A stretch of DNA of 64,000 bases from Heptranchias perlo. Its lineage: Eukaryota. Positions within the stretch are counted from its first letter, which is position 1, and each line of letters starts with the position of its first letter. Positions 12,885 through 24,950 of this stretch are shown in pieces. The notes under the pieces are model-generated. The model did no database searches, was not told where the DNA came from, and saw nothing but the letters and a program-made list of their open reading frames with translations. The translations under genes were made by a program, and so were the position numbers. Location of the stretch: NCBI RefSeq assembly GCF_035084215.1, contig NC_090349.1, positions 46,562,001 through 46,626,000 of the forward strand, in the 5' to 3' direction.

Positions 12885-14732
12885 CTGAAAAGGAAAACGA
12901 GTCAGCTTTGAAATCTAAACTTTTACACAATTCAAGACAGTTTCATTCTACAAGGGAAAGAAAACTGCTTCATTCAGTATGTCACTGCCTTCCAGTCCTA
13001 ATATTCCCATCACTGCTATAGTACAAAGTTTTAGACTGATCAGTAAATTCTACAAGAGATGTTTTCACACAGGTTATTAGAACATGGAGTGCTTTACCAT
13101 TAATAGCTATTGAGGCAGAGACAATAAATCATTTAAAGAAAAATTAGATAAATATTCAAAACATATAAAAGGCTACAGCGATAGAGCAATGGGATTACAG
13201 TAGACCTCTGTGTAGCAACAGTGACCACGGCCAAATGACCTCCTTCGGTGCTGTTAAATTGCAGTTTTATGATTAAATTGCACATTAATTTGGTGGGGGG
13301 GCGGGGGGGGTGTGGAGAAGAGAAAAAGATTAAAATATGATTCAGGTCTTTTACTTCCACCTTTTCCATTAATTTTCTTCCTTCCTCCTCTCAAAGATAC
13401 CTCTCATGTCATTGATGCATGGTCCTCCATGGGGGCATCACAGCCACACCCAGTTTTCACTCAATGTCCACACATGCATTTCCTGTAGTGGTTGCTGGGT
13501 ACCAAGAGTGGCAACCCTGGCTAATTTGTTTCTCCTTAGGGGCATCAAGGTCAACTGCTGCACCCCGTCTGCTACCAGGTTGAAATCAGCTAACTCAGCA
13601 CGAACCAAAAATCGAACCTGGGACACGGCTGGTCGGTAACGCTCGGCTAATCTCTAACTTGACCAACTGAGACATTAGGAAAGCATGATTTAGGTCTTTA
13701 AAATGCAGAGGCATAGATACTGTAGATGGAAGCAAACTATTTCATTTGGACTGCAAGCTCAAAATTAACAAGTCTCAACAGACATTAGAAGAAATCGCTC
13801 ACTTTCCACTCCTCCACCCAAACTTCAGATGAGACAATATCCCTCAACCAACATCGCTGAACAGATTATCTGGTCATCACATTGCTGTTTCTGGGACTTT
13901 GTTATGCACAAATTAGCTGCCATGTTTCCTACATTACAACAATGCATTCCGCACTTCAAAAGTGCTTCCTTGGCTGTAAGGCGCTTTATTTTAAAACGGC
14001 ACCGTATAAATGCAAGTCCTTACCTTTTCTTTATACATAATCTACTGTTTTGATTAATTACCTTTGCAGTCCAGAAAGGATTTACACAGAACATTCCCGC
14101 AAGATAAATAAGTAGGAAATACTATTTATATTATCTGTAGAAGCAGAAAATAGCGCCATGCTTTCTTATGTAGGAAATTCAAGAGTAGTGCTCCCTACAC
14201 TAAGGCTAATAGTTAGGTTGCTCTTACCATACCCTAGACGACCCAATCACTGCCTCCCATCTTGGAAGGATCACAGAAGTCAGCAATAGTTTTTAGATTC
14301 ATCCAACATTTATCTCAGATTCAGAGACTGGTCTAATTCATCTACTCCACACTTCAGCACCATGCAAAGCTCTTATGATATCCCTGGTACGAGATGTTCA
14401 CAGGAGATGGTGTATTCTGTTCAGGTGCTGGGTAAATTCAAATTGTTTACAGGCAACTTATTGCTACAGCTTTGATTTCTTACTTCCCTAACACTATGGA
14501 GCAGGGGTTTATGACCATGTATGGAAACCACCAACAGTGAAGATCTAAAATCAGTGGCTTCAAAGCACAAACCAGATGCTACTAAAATGGACTTTGCCCG
14601 TTTAAACTTAAACGTTCACAAAACTGCTAAAGAGCCTTACACGAACAAAGTGGTGACTATGGGCCACAGCACTTTCACTTCCTATTTTTACAAGTATCCA
14701 ATGAAAAGTCTGAAGTTTATACAATGACTTAC

Positions 14733-14886
14733 CAGCTTAACTGCTTTATTATACATCTTGATGTAATCTTGGCTGAGGGGAACTTCTTCAATTTTGAACG
14801 TTACTCCAGAAAAGCTCAGTTGTCTTGCTATATACATGCCCCTTAGCTTCATGTCCATGGCAACAATTTCCATTGCCCCAACACCT
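14733..14886 (-). CDS. SBNO1: SBNO1 coding exon 12
   Basis: 154 nt, phase 2-0. [51 protein letters not shown]. Confidence 0.97.
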
Positions 14887-16252
14887 CTAGTTTATTGAAG
14901 AACAAATTATAAACAAAATCATTGCATACATATATTTCTAATAATTTTATATTTATATCACACACAAAATAAATAGGCGTTGTGAAAACATCATAATTTT
15001 TTTTCAAAAATAGCTGAATTCCAGAGTGAAGAGTACGATTCAAGTCTACAATTTTGATCAGATAAGGATTACCAATCGCACTGGGCTGCTATGAGGTGCT
15101 GCCAAGGAGGGGCCAGGTATTTTCCCCGCAAAACACAAACAGGAACAGTGATTCTCTCTCCACGCTCCCCTCCAAGTCCACTAGGGGCACTTAATGGCAA
15201 CAGCCGAAAGAGTAGCCCCAGGAGCAGGTCTCCAAAGAATCCTCGGAGCTAAGGTAAAATCAGCACTCTGTGGGGATCATTTCTTCTGCTCCCCTCCCTC
15301 CAGTAATTATTTATACATGAAGTTGCTGTGAGACATTTTTACAACCTATTTAATTCAGAGTTTAAAAAAAAAGGAAAAAGTGCCACATATCTTGTGGAAC
15401 GGACTAATTCGAATATAATTTAAAATGAAATAGTTTCATGATGTTCAGCCAGTAATAATTAAACTGGAAACACAAAATTACAAACCATTACAATGCACAT
15501 CACCTTTAATCTTAACACAACAAAGAGTTCTAGTTAAGAAATTTGAGGTGACTTAAGATTGGCTGAATGCTATACTTCAAAAGGAAACTGAAATTAAACC
15601 ACTGAAACCCTCACAAACTATATACAAACTGCTATAACTACTGAAAAGTTTCTCCAGGGTACCACTGAGTCACACAGACCAGGAAGGTTTCAAGGTTCCA
15701 TCAGTCTGTGGAGTTAGCACTGCAACTAGCCTCTATGCTTCTGGGTCACGGAAGAGTCATCAAGCAGCAACCCCTGAAGAACATGTGTGTGGATGTATGC
15801 AAGGACAGGATTTGGTTCACAGATTTTTAAATTATTTGTTCTTGGAATATGGGCAACACTGGCAAGGCAGAATTTACTGCCCATCAGTTGCCCTGAGGAC
15901 GTTAAAAGTCAATTATGTAGAGTGGGACTGGAATCACATGTAGGCCAGACCTGGTGGATGACAGGCTCCTTTCCATCAAGATCATTAGTGAGTTTTTAAG
16001 ACAACGCAGCAGCTTTCATGATAATTTATGTACTTGCCCTCAAAACACCAGATTTATTTATTTAATTCAATTTTAAAACCCATGATGGGATCTGAACTCA
16101 TGGCTGCCATGATTAAGGGACTTCAGCAATTACTACACTGGGAAACAATGGTCAGAAACATCAGAGAACAGCCATTGCAACTCATCATGAAATTCAGAGG
16201 AATATGTGAAATTGGGTATTGTATTGTTTGAACATAGTGGGTCTTATTTTAC

Positions 16253-16358
16253 CTCCTTTCCACAGCCTGAATAAAATCATTGAATTCCTTGAAGGGTGTG
16301 CCTTCACCCCAGATTCCAAGTCGATTCATATAAGCCATGTTTCGTGGTTCCGATGCAC
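16253..16358 (-). CDS. SBNO1: SBNO1 coding exon 11
   Basis: 106 nt, phase 1-2. [36 protein letters not shown]. Confidence 0.97.
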
Positions 16359-16644
16359 CTATTGAGGAATGATAGTTTATTGAAGTGCAACAGAAGAATC
16401 CACTGTTCTAAAGTCCCAAAGACTTCAGCATTCCAAAATACTGCCCCAACAAAAAGGGAACTGCTACATTGTTAACAGATCACAGACGAACCATGTCCTG
16501 AAATGTGAAGAAGCTTTACAGAAAAACTCTCTCCAACATTCCTGCACTATTTTTTGTAGTGCTCAAAAATGCAACAGCGTGTCATTACAATTTACTTTTA
16601 CACAGCTGAACAAAATTCAAAAAAACATAATGGAGTTTGTATAC

Positions 16645-16780
16645 CTGTAGCACTGGCATACACCACCCTGGCCTTTGGCAATTTGTTCTGCAGTTCCAAT
16701 ACAGCCAGACCTGTTTTTGTGGGTTTTGAGGAACCAACCGGAGACAAGTTTTTAGCTTTGTGACATTCATCAAACACTAT
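16645..16780 (-). CDS. SBNO1: SBNO1 coding exon 10 (DECH and SAT helicase-like motifs)
   Basis: 136 nt, phase 0-1. [45 protein letters not shown]. Confidence 0.97.
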
Positions 16781-18448
16781 CTGAAATGATGCAGTCAAGG
16801 ATTTTTTTTTAAAGTTATACTTATGTACCATAAATAGCATGTGACCATGCAACTTGAGGCGACTATAATGAGGATTTATCTTATGTTTGAGCACCAAGTG
16901 CTGAAGCAGTTTCACTGTGGTACCAACAGCATGTCAAAGGCTTCTTGCAGCATCTCCAGCAACCCAAATTCACCATGAAAGGTTGTAATAAACTGCAGCT
17001 GAATGTCTGCAGTGTACAGAGACAGAAGAAATGCATGAAGCTTCACTGGTGTTCTGAACAGATGTCTTAGATGCACACACACAATGGCGAGGTGCTGCAG
17101 CTCCATGGCCGAATTCCACTCCATACTACTAACATGTCCCAATGCGCTTCACAGAGATGCAAGGAAGAAAATAGACACCAAGCCAAAAGGAACAGATATC
17201 AGGTGGGTCGACGAATGGCTTGGTCAAAGAGATGGGCTTTAAGGAGGGTATTAAAGGAGAGACGCAGGTGCAGAGTGTTAGGGAGGCATTTCAGAGAGCA
17301 TGATCTAGGCAGCTGAAAGCACAGCCACAAATGCTGGGGTGACAGGAGGGAGGTGCACAAGAGGCTGGAGTCAGAGGAATGGAATGTTTGATGGTGGGAG
17401 GTTTGAGTGCTGGGCAAGATTAGAGAATGGGAGGGGAAAAGCCATGGAGGGATTGAAGAACAGGATGAGAATTTAAATTGGAAGCGTTGTGGTGAAAGGT
17501 AAGCAAGACTGTGCGTGGGATAAGATACAGGCAGCAAAGAGCATGCAGGATGGGAGGCTGGCCAGGAGAACATTAAAATAGATAAGCCTAGAGGCGACGA
17601 CTGCATGGATGAGGGTCTCAGCGGCAGATGGGCTACGGTAGGGGCGAAGGCAGGCAACGTTACTGAGGTTAAAATAAGTGGTCTTTGAATTGGAGAAGAT
17701 ATGGGGTTGGCTGCTTAGCTCAAGCTTGAATAGGACAGAGGTTGCCAAAAGTCTTGTTTGGCCTGAGACAGGAATAGAATCTGTGGTGAGGGCCCAAGAC
17801 GACGGTCTCAGTCATTCCAATGTTTAATCGGGAGGAAGTTGCAGCTCATCCAAAACTAGATGACGGACAAGCAGTCTGACAGCACAGAGTGCTAGGGTCA
17901 AGAGACGTGGCGGAGAGATAGAGCTAGGTGTCATTGTGTCAAAGTTGACTCTATATATGCGGATAATGGTGTTATCAAGGGGCAGCGTGTATACAAGGAA
18001 GAGGGGGCCAAGGATGCATCCTTGGACGGCTTCCGAGATAGCGGCACAGGAGTGGGAAGACAAGCTAGTGGTAGAGATGCTCTGGCTATGGTCCAATAGG
18101 CAAGAGTAGATACAAGTGAGGGACAGTACCTCCTGAACTGGAGAACAGAGAAACTTTGGAGGAGGATGATATAGTCAACAGTGTCCCTGTAGAGATACAG
18201 TGAGAGAAAGTGGATCCTCTCGTCCACTACAGACAACAAATTAAATAATCACATACTTCATAATTAAGTGAAATGAGTGCCTGTGAAGCAGCTAGTAATT
18301 ACGGCAACTAATTAATGTTTGATTTCTGCATTAAACAGATCTTTGTGCAAAATGGACATTTTGATTTCAGAAAGTCACTTGCAGACGCATGTTTCAGTAA
18401 TGCAGTGCATCCATTATACTTCAATTTCTGCACAACCAAAAAGGATAC
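16781..18448 (-). other. SBNO1: U12-type (minor spliceosome) GT-AG intron of SBNO1
   Basis: Donor GTATCCTTTT; branch site TCCTTGAC (16794-16801) 13 nt upstream of the exon; no strong polypyrimidine tract. Confidence 0.9.
17150..18230 (-). mobile_element. L2-type LINE RT fragment
   Basis: QGCILGPLFLVYTLPL, AAETLIHAVVASRL, LLKAHLFDQA across shifted frames. Confidence 0.75.
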
Positions 18449-18610
18449 CACTCCATCGAAGTCTTCACCACACCAGTGCAGAAGCTGTTTTAACCTAGTT
18501 TTATATTTGCCACCCGACTGACTTTCACCGATTAGTGAAGAGTAGGTCGCAAAAATTACACCTTTCTTTACACTTCCATTTTGTTTCGAAGAGATTTTTC
18601 CATATTTAAA
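18449..18610 (-). CDS. SBNO1: SBNO1 coding exon 9
   Basis: 162 nt, phase 0-0. [54 protein letters not shown]. Followed by the U12-type donor GTATCCTTTT. Confidence 0.97.
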
Positions 18611-20486
18611 CTGAAATAAAAACAGCACATTTACACTGATATAATATACTGCAATTGTAATCATTAAATTTCATTCTTGCAATCTGCCAATACGCTAACA
18701 TCTCTACAGTGATTTGACACAGCAATGAGACAGCAGCATGGTTGTTAACCTACACATTTCCAACACTGGATGGCAGGATCCAGGACATGAAGAAAACCAG
18801 GCAAGTATATTTTTGAAGGAAAGATTCAAAACAAAGAACACAGTATGTTACACATGTGAATTTAAAATAAATTGGGAAGAATGCTGGAGAACAAATAATA
18901 AATGTAATTTTAAGCATTTATTTTGGTAAAATATTGACTAATAAAACTAATGCTGTCATAGGAAGCAGCTTTTATTGTAAATTTTAGTTTGAGTCAGAAT
19001 GTGAGCAAAAAGCTTACAATGTTGAGTCTATGATGATTTGAATCTTTGGAGCAGCTGGCAATGAGTTAACAATATGCCACAAGTCAAGTGTGAAAGCACT
19101 TGAGAAAGTTAGATACCATGGTCACAAAAAATGGGCGAAACCAATCCACCCGCCCCCCCCCCCCCCCCCCACCCAACCCCATGCTTTTTAGTCTAACAAA
19201 AACTTTCAATTTTCTGCCCTTCTCTTCTCTGAGGGTTAACTGCTGCCAGCAAACCATTCCACACTCCAGTACCTGACCCAAGTTTGATTGACAGTGAGTG
19301 TGGGGAAGCTGTTCAATTGTGGGTAGGATCACATGCCTCAATAAACGCTGTTGGCAAAGGCTACATCCAACAGCCACAGGAACTCGCCAGTTCAATTTCT
19401 GATCTGCACTGGGTCAGCTGCAATAACTGCAGTAATGATATTACAGTTGGCCTCAGCACCCCAGGCTAGGAAAGGGAAAATCAGTCAGGGTATCCACTGC
19501 ACTGTGCTGGAAAATGTGCACCCAGCTGCAGTACCCCTGCCCCCAGGGATCAAATAACCAATCACCGTTTAGGTTTACACAATAAAAATGGCCACTTGAA
19601 CAAGGCACCATAGGGCAACCTTCATCCGTGGAATCACGTAAGTGAGCACCTTCACGAGTGGGGTGGAGAAGAGGTGCAGTAAATTTCTAGACACCCCGGA
19701 ATACAATACACAATATCATGACATCGTAACACATTTTGGAACCCAAATCCCACTTGCAGTTATACTGCATTCAGATCCTGGCCAAACAGATTTTGTGATT
19801 TCACATTAAGCAGCTTTGAGTTATTGAATATGGGCTCCATTTCTGAGCTAGATTTCAGCTGACTTTAAAGCTAAAAGAGTTTAAAAAGGGCTTTATGACA
19901 GCACACATTTTTAGCAAAAGTAACGCAGGGAGCACATCTCAAAGAATGCTTACTGCAACAAGTGTTTATAAATAAAAACTACAGCAATTAGTCGCTTTTT
20001 AAAGAAGCATCACTAAACATGTGGTTAAAATTTAGCGAGTAACATCTAAGTTAAAATGATGTGCAATATTGTAATATTCACTGGCCAGAGAGTGGCAGGA
20101 TGGAGCCTTCACTAGGAATTCTTGACTATCCAAAGAGGAACGTCCCACAGAGAAAAATATCCACTCATAGGCCAGGCTAAGTCAAGTTAACCCAACCCAG
20201 GCATTCCTGTGGGTGATTCAAGGAGCCATGAACAGAAACATGGGAACAAGAAAAACATTTGTCAGGAAAGGAAGGGAAGGATAATTATTTTTGGGTGGAG
20301 GGGTATATTAATGAACTTAGTCCCTGGGAGGGCAATAAGAATTTTTTTTTAAAAAAAACCTGCTATCTAGGACAGTGTGTAGCAGAGGAGAAAGATGAGA
20401 GTGTAGCAGGCATGAAACACATGGACCATTTTTGATTCAATATGAAGGAGTTCTTTTATAAAAGGAGGGATTGTTCAGTAATTTAC

Positions 20487-20577
20487 CTTATTCAATGCAT
20501 GAACCTGGATATTTTTTGCTCCAATGTCCCTCAGGTCCCTTTCAGCATCATACTTCAGGTCATTGGATACACTAAAC
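20487..20577 (-). CDS. SBNO1: SBNO1 coding exon 8
   Basis: 91 nt, phase 2-0, after an 87-nt intron. [30 protein letters not shown]. Confidence 0.97.
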
Positions 20578-20664
20578 CTGTAATAAGCACAGAACTTCAA
20601 CAACTGCAGCTAACTACAATACATCTGTTTTTTAGAATTTGAATAAATGCTCATTTCCACTTAC

Positions 20665-20798
20665 CATATTGATCGTTTTCTACCTAGAAGGTAATTCTCA
20701 AAAATAATGCCAGCAATGGTTCTTCCTTTGCCCACACCAGCACCATCCCCTATCAGGAAGGCTGCTCGATCCCCATTGGGGAGGAATGTTTCATGTTG
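20665..20798 (-). CDS. SBNO1: SBNO1 coding exon 7 (P-loop/Walker A-like motif)
   Basis: 134 nt, phase 0-2. [45 protein letters not shown]. Confidence 0.97.
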
Positions 20799-20936
20799 CT
20801 ATGGTTCAAACAACAAACAATCAATGTACCTGGTCTAACAATAGCTACACACTAAATTATGAAAATACCACAGATCTTTGCATATCATTTTTTTTTTGTA
20901 AGTAAAACTAATGTTTTTTTTAAAAAAACGTAATAC

Positions 20937-21097
20937 CTGAGCAGCATATGTAACTGCTTCCAGCTGCAAAGCAGAGAGCCAACCACTGTCGATGGTCTCC
21001 TCTTGTACAGTCAGCCGATACCAAACATCAGGAGGTGTTACACTTGACAAGGAACTGGTCTCCACAACTGGATCAGGATGGCGCAAACCAACCTTCA
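20937..21097 (-). CDS. SBNO1: SBNO1 coding exon 6
   Basis: 161 nt, phase 1-0. [26 protein letters not shown]...[15 protein letters not shown]. Confidence 0.97.
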
Positions 21098-21328
21098 CTA
21101 TTAACAACACGGTGCAGACATTTGAGGTTGTAAATAAATGCATATAAGTTTATTGGTGAACTGAATGCATTAAACTACTAACATATTTCGGCTTTAGGTA
21201 ACTATGATATTCCACAATGGCATTCTATAAATAGCAATGTTGAATTTACGTTTGGAAAGTTAATATATTTTATTCACATATATGGGGCACTTCACTGAAG
21301 AACTTCAAAAACAACAAGCACCAGACTG

Positions 21329-21509
21329 TTATATATGGGAATACACAGCAGGTCACTTAAGAGCTGTAAAGAGAAAAATACATTATGGGTGTTTACCTTT
21401 CATTAGAAGAGTGTGCACCCAAAACTCTAACCCGTGTTTCTTTACTTATATTGACGACCTTTACTTATGCTGTGTATTTCCTGAATTGTGTTTTTATTTG
21501 GATTTCCAG
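21329..21509. mobile_element. Highly degenerate palindromic family-B element
   Basis: Residual inverted arms (ggaatacacagc / gctgtgtatttcc) and a tail tgtttttatttggatttccag resembling 24904-24925. Confidence 0.45.
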
Positions 21510-21674
21510 TATTTTTATGTACCTAACATTGGGAATACTACTTTTACATGTAAGTTCTATATTTTATCAGTCAAGAGTCCCACCAAAAACAGTAGTAATT
21601 TTCAGAAAAGAATTCAAACTTGAAAAGGGGTAAGCAAAAAATGTTCTTTGTATACGTAACAGATAATTACAGAA

Positions 21675-22110
21675 AGAACTTGCATTTATATAGCGTTTTT
21701 CACGACCCCAGGACATCCCAAAGTGGTTTACAGCCAATTAAGTGCTTTTGACGTGTAGTCACTGTTGTAATGTAGGGAAATGTGGCAGCCAATTTGTACA
21801 CAGTAAGGTCCCATAAACAGCAATGAGATAATAACCAGATAATCTGTTTTAGTGATGTTGGTTGAGGGATAAATATTGGCCAGGACACTGGAGAGAACTC
21901 CCCTGCTCTTCTTCAAATAGTGCCCGAGGGGGCAAACAGGGCCTTGGTTTAATGTCTCATCCCAAAGCCGGCACCTCTGACAGTGCAGCACACCCTCAGC
22001 ATTGCAATGAAGTGTCAGCCTAGATTATGTGCTGAAGTCTCTGGAATGGGACATGAACCCACGACCATCCTTCTCAAAAGGTGAGTGCTACCACTGAGCC
22101 AAGGCTGACA
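21675..22110 (-). mobile_element. tRNA-derived Deu-domain SINE (SacSINE1/AmnSINE1-like), near full length
   Basis: A-box TGGCTCAGTGG and B-box GGTTCATGTCC; Deu-like core CACTGTCAGAGGTGCC..GATGAGACATTAAACC; L2-like tail. Relatives at about 1980-2190, 7735-7860, 9460-9870, 10350-10520, 13830-14030, 42290-42820 and 57990-58120. Confidence 0.7.
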
Positions 22111-22912
22111 CTTACACAAAATTCGGTCACTGAATGGTTGGGCCATTTGACCACCTCATAGTAACTTGACTGATATGAAACTATGTAAAATCAGGATCAT
22201 GAATTCCCCTGTTGTCACTGACATTAGAGCAGGATGTCCAAACTTTCTCTCGTGGGCCAATGTGTTGCTTACCATAGAGTGCCACAGGCCACATACACAA
22301 TTAAAATACAAAAGAACTTCACTGAAGAGGGCACTACTTTTATCAGTCACTGCTCCCTCATTGGTAGATAAATCCCAAATCCACAAGTGAAACATCAACC
22401 ATTTCCAAACTATCAGAAATTTAAATAGGCCAAATTAGCAGCATAAGAAATATATAAAATTGAGACACTGGAGTCTGCGTACCGGATTGCCCAGGCTTGC
22501 ATACAGAAAGCCCACGAGCCATAGTTTGGACACCCCAACGCTAGAGCTACGATATACCGCATTAATAAGTTGTAAAATATATTCCACCAAAACAGATGGT
22601 ATGGTATTTCATTCATTTGGGGGAAAAGTCAGAAACTAGTCATATCAAAATACAACTGAAATTTGGGCTGTAAAAATGTATACGGTCCAAAAGAAATTCC
22701 ATTTAATACAAGTTACTACCTATAATCTAATTAACAAAAAGAACACAATGCAGTCTTCAATTTCCGTTCTCTCAACAGCGATAATTTCAGTGACGTTAAT
22801 TACAGTACCACACATTCAACAATGCAATTTATAATGGACCAATCATTACTTTAAAACAAGCAGATACCCTGGACGTGGACAATTCAATTTGCACTTTTTG
22901 GGGGAGACTTAC

Positions 22913-23006
22913 ATTTCATTGGCATATATTCAGCATATGTGTCTGCATGGCCCAATTCCTCATCATCTTCCTCCTCGGGTTCGTCTTCGTCTTTCGGAGG
23001 CAATTT
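22913..23006 (-). CDS. SBNO1: SBNO1 coding exon 5
   Basis: tag|AAA...AAA T|gtaagt, 94 nt, phase 0-1. [31 protein letters not shown]. Confidence 0.95.
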
Positions 23007-24300
23007 CTATTAATCATTTGAAATAAGAGAATAGGAGTACAAGCTGAATCCATAGTCTGAAGTTTCTTTACCTCAAGAGTGGATAGATGGAGCATTTTGG
23101 TAACCTACTCCAGAGAAGTTAATGTTACTTGAACTGAAGCTTCCATTTCCTTCATCCCATCAACTGTGAAAGCTAACTTTACCAAATTTTACTAGTTTTA
23201 CATGCATTAAAAGTAGTTCTGAATTGGCTGACACCCAGGATTGCCAGTCAAGACATCTCTGGGCAAAGGCAACCATGAACTCATGCACGTTGTATATCTC
23301 CATGCACAGCACAAATTTCCCCACCAAGAATAAATGGCACAAATTTTGACTTCAAAAATGAATATCACTGTGAAGTTTGTTCAGTGAAAAGCTACACTCA
23401 ATTAGATGTTGCTATGATGTGAGTGGGGGGGGGGGAAATCTCATTCATGTTACCAGGGTTCTCTTTTCTGTAAGGAATAGCAGTTAGACAAGAACAATGT
23501 TCTGTCCAATACTACTGGTACATGAACTTTTTATAGTGGTAAACAACCACATTATTAGGGTTTAAACATCAATTTTAATGTAATGCTGATACTACCTTAA
23601 TAGATCAAAATAAGCACAGATGAGAGATGCCTACAGCTGCTAATGGTGGAGTGGAGAGTGGGGGTGTACAAGAGGCCAGAAGCAGAAGAACAAAGAGTTT
23701 GGGAGGAGGGGGTGCTGAGGATTGTAGAGGTGGAGAAAATGCTTCTATAATGATATGGACTCCTCTGTGAATGCACACACAAAAAAAAAAATCAGGTTTT
23801 CACTAATTTAAAAATGTAATTGAAACAGTTTACACAAGTTGATGAAGGCAATATTTAAGTGGGAATCCATAATCATGTGTTAACTCAGGTGTTGCAATTT
23901 AGCTTTAAGATAAATTCACTCAGATTTGCACAGAATTACAAATTATAAAGCCATCCATGAAATGAATACGTTCACACGACAGCAGAACATTTATTTCACA
24001 TGCTCACGGAGAGGAGGTGAAGCAGCACAACATCCGACTCCAATTTAATCAACTTTTAAGTGGGTGCTGCATTTGTGAGCCAGGCTGTCAGCACAAGGAT
24101 CTCTACACAAGAAATAAATGTTAGATCACCACACACATACACACAGCTTTAAATGGAGAGTTACTGATCATGAAACTAGCACTCTCAATAGAAGCATGCT
24201 TAGAAAAGTCCTCTGTTTGAATGTTCCTATTGAAAATTTGTAGCAGAGGCAGAAAATTGGTAAAAATGAACTTCAAAATTCTGAATAAAGGTGTATTTAC

Positions 24301-24404
24301 CGGAGTCGGAGAAAAGCTTCGCATTTTAATATCCTCATTGACCCATATCCGAGTCACTTCTTTACTCAATGATTCCTTCTTTACAACACCATTGTTCAAG
24401 TCAG
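24301..24404 (-). CDS. SBNO1: SBNO1 coding exon 4
   Basis: cag|CT GAC...CCG|gtaaat, 104 nt, phase 1-0. [34 protein letters not shown]. Confidence 0.95.
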
Positions 24405-24718
24405 CTGCAGATAAAGTACAACTGTTTAAACTCTAAACAGACTGCATAAATCATTCCAATTATGAAATATTGTTGATAGTACTTTGAAATTTATGCATTA
24501 CATAGTGACTAAACCCAAGTTTCAAGAACACTTTTGTTAGGGTTGCATTTGACTGTATTTAGACTAAACAATAAAAAATGCATTTAATCAGAAATCTTGC
24601 TCATCCAACAATAGTGAAGGAGACTTAACCTACGTGGGATGAATCTTTAGGATTGCATTCAGAAAGACATGTTGTATCAATCAAGTTTTCTTGTGAATGA
24701 GTCTGGATATGAAAGTTC

Positions 24719-24950
24719 ACAAATAAAAACAGAAAATGCTGGAAACACAGCAGGTCAGGCAGCATCTGCAGAGGGAGAAACAGAGTTAACGTTTCAGGTT
24801 GCTGACCTTTCAACCATTCTGATGAACAGTCTTCGACCTGAAACATTATCTCTTTCTATCTCCATAGATGCTGTCCAACCTGCTCAGTGTTTCCAGCATT
24901 TTCTGTTTTTATTTCAGATTTCCAGCATCTGCAGTATTTTGCTTTTGTTT
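24719..24950. mobile_element. Palindromic Penelope-like element (family B) with a degenerate hammerhead
   Basis: Imperfect fold-back (aaataaaaacagaaaatgctggaaacac / gtgtttccagcattttctgtttttattt). CTGATGA...GACCT GAAAC at about 24819-24844. TSD tatgaaagttc at 24708-24718 and 24951-24961. Confidence 0.7.
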
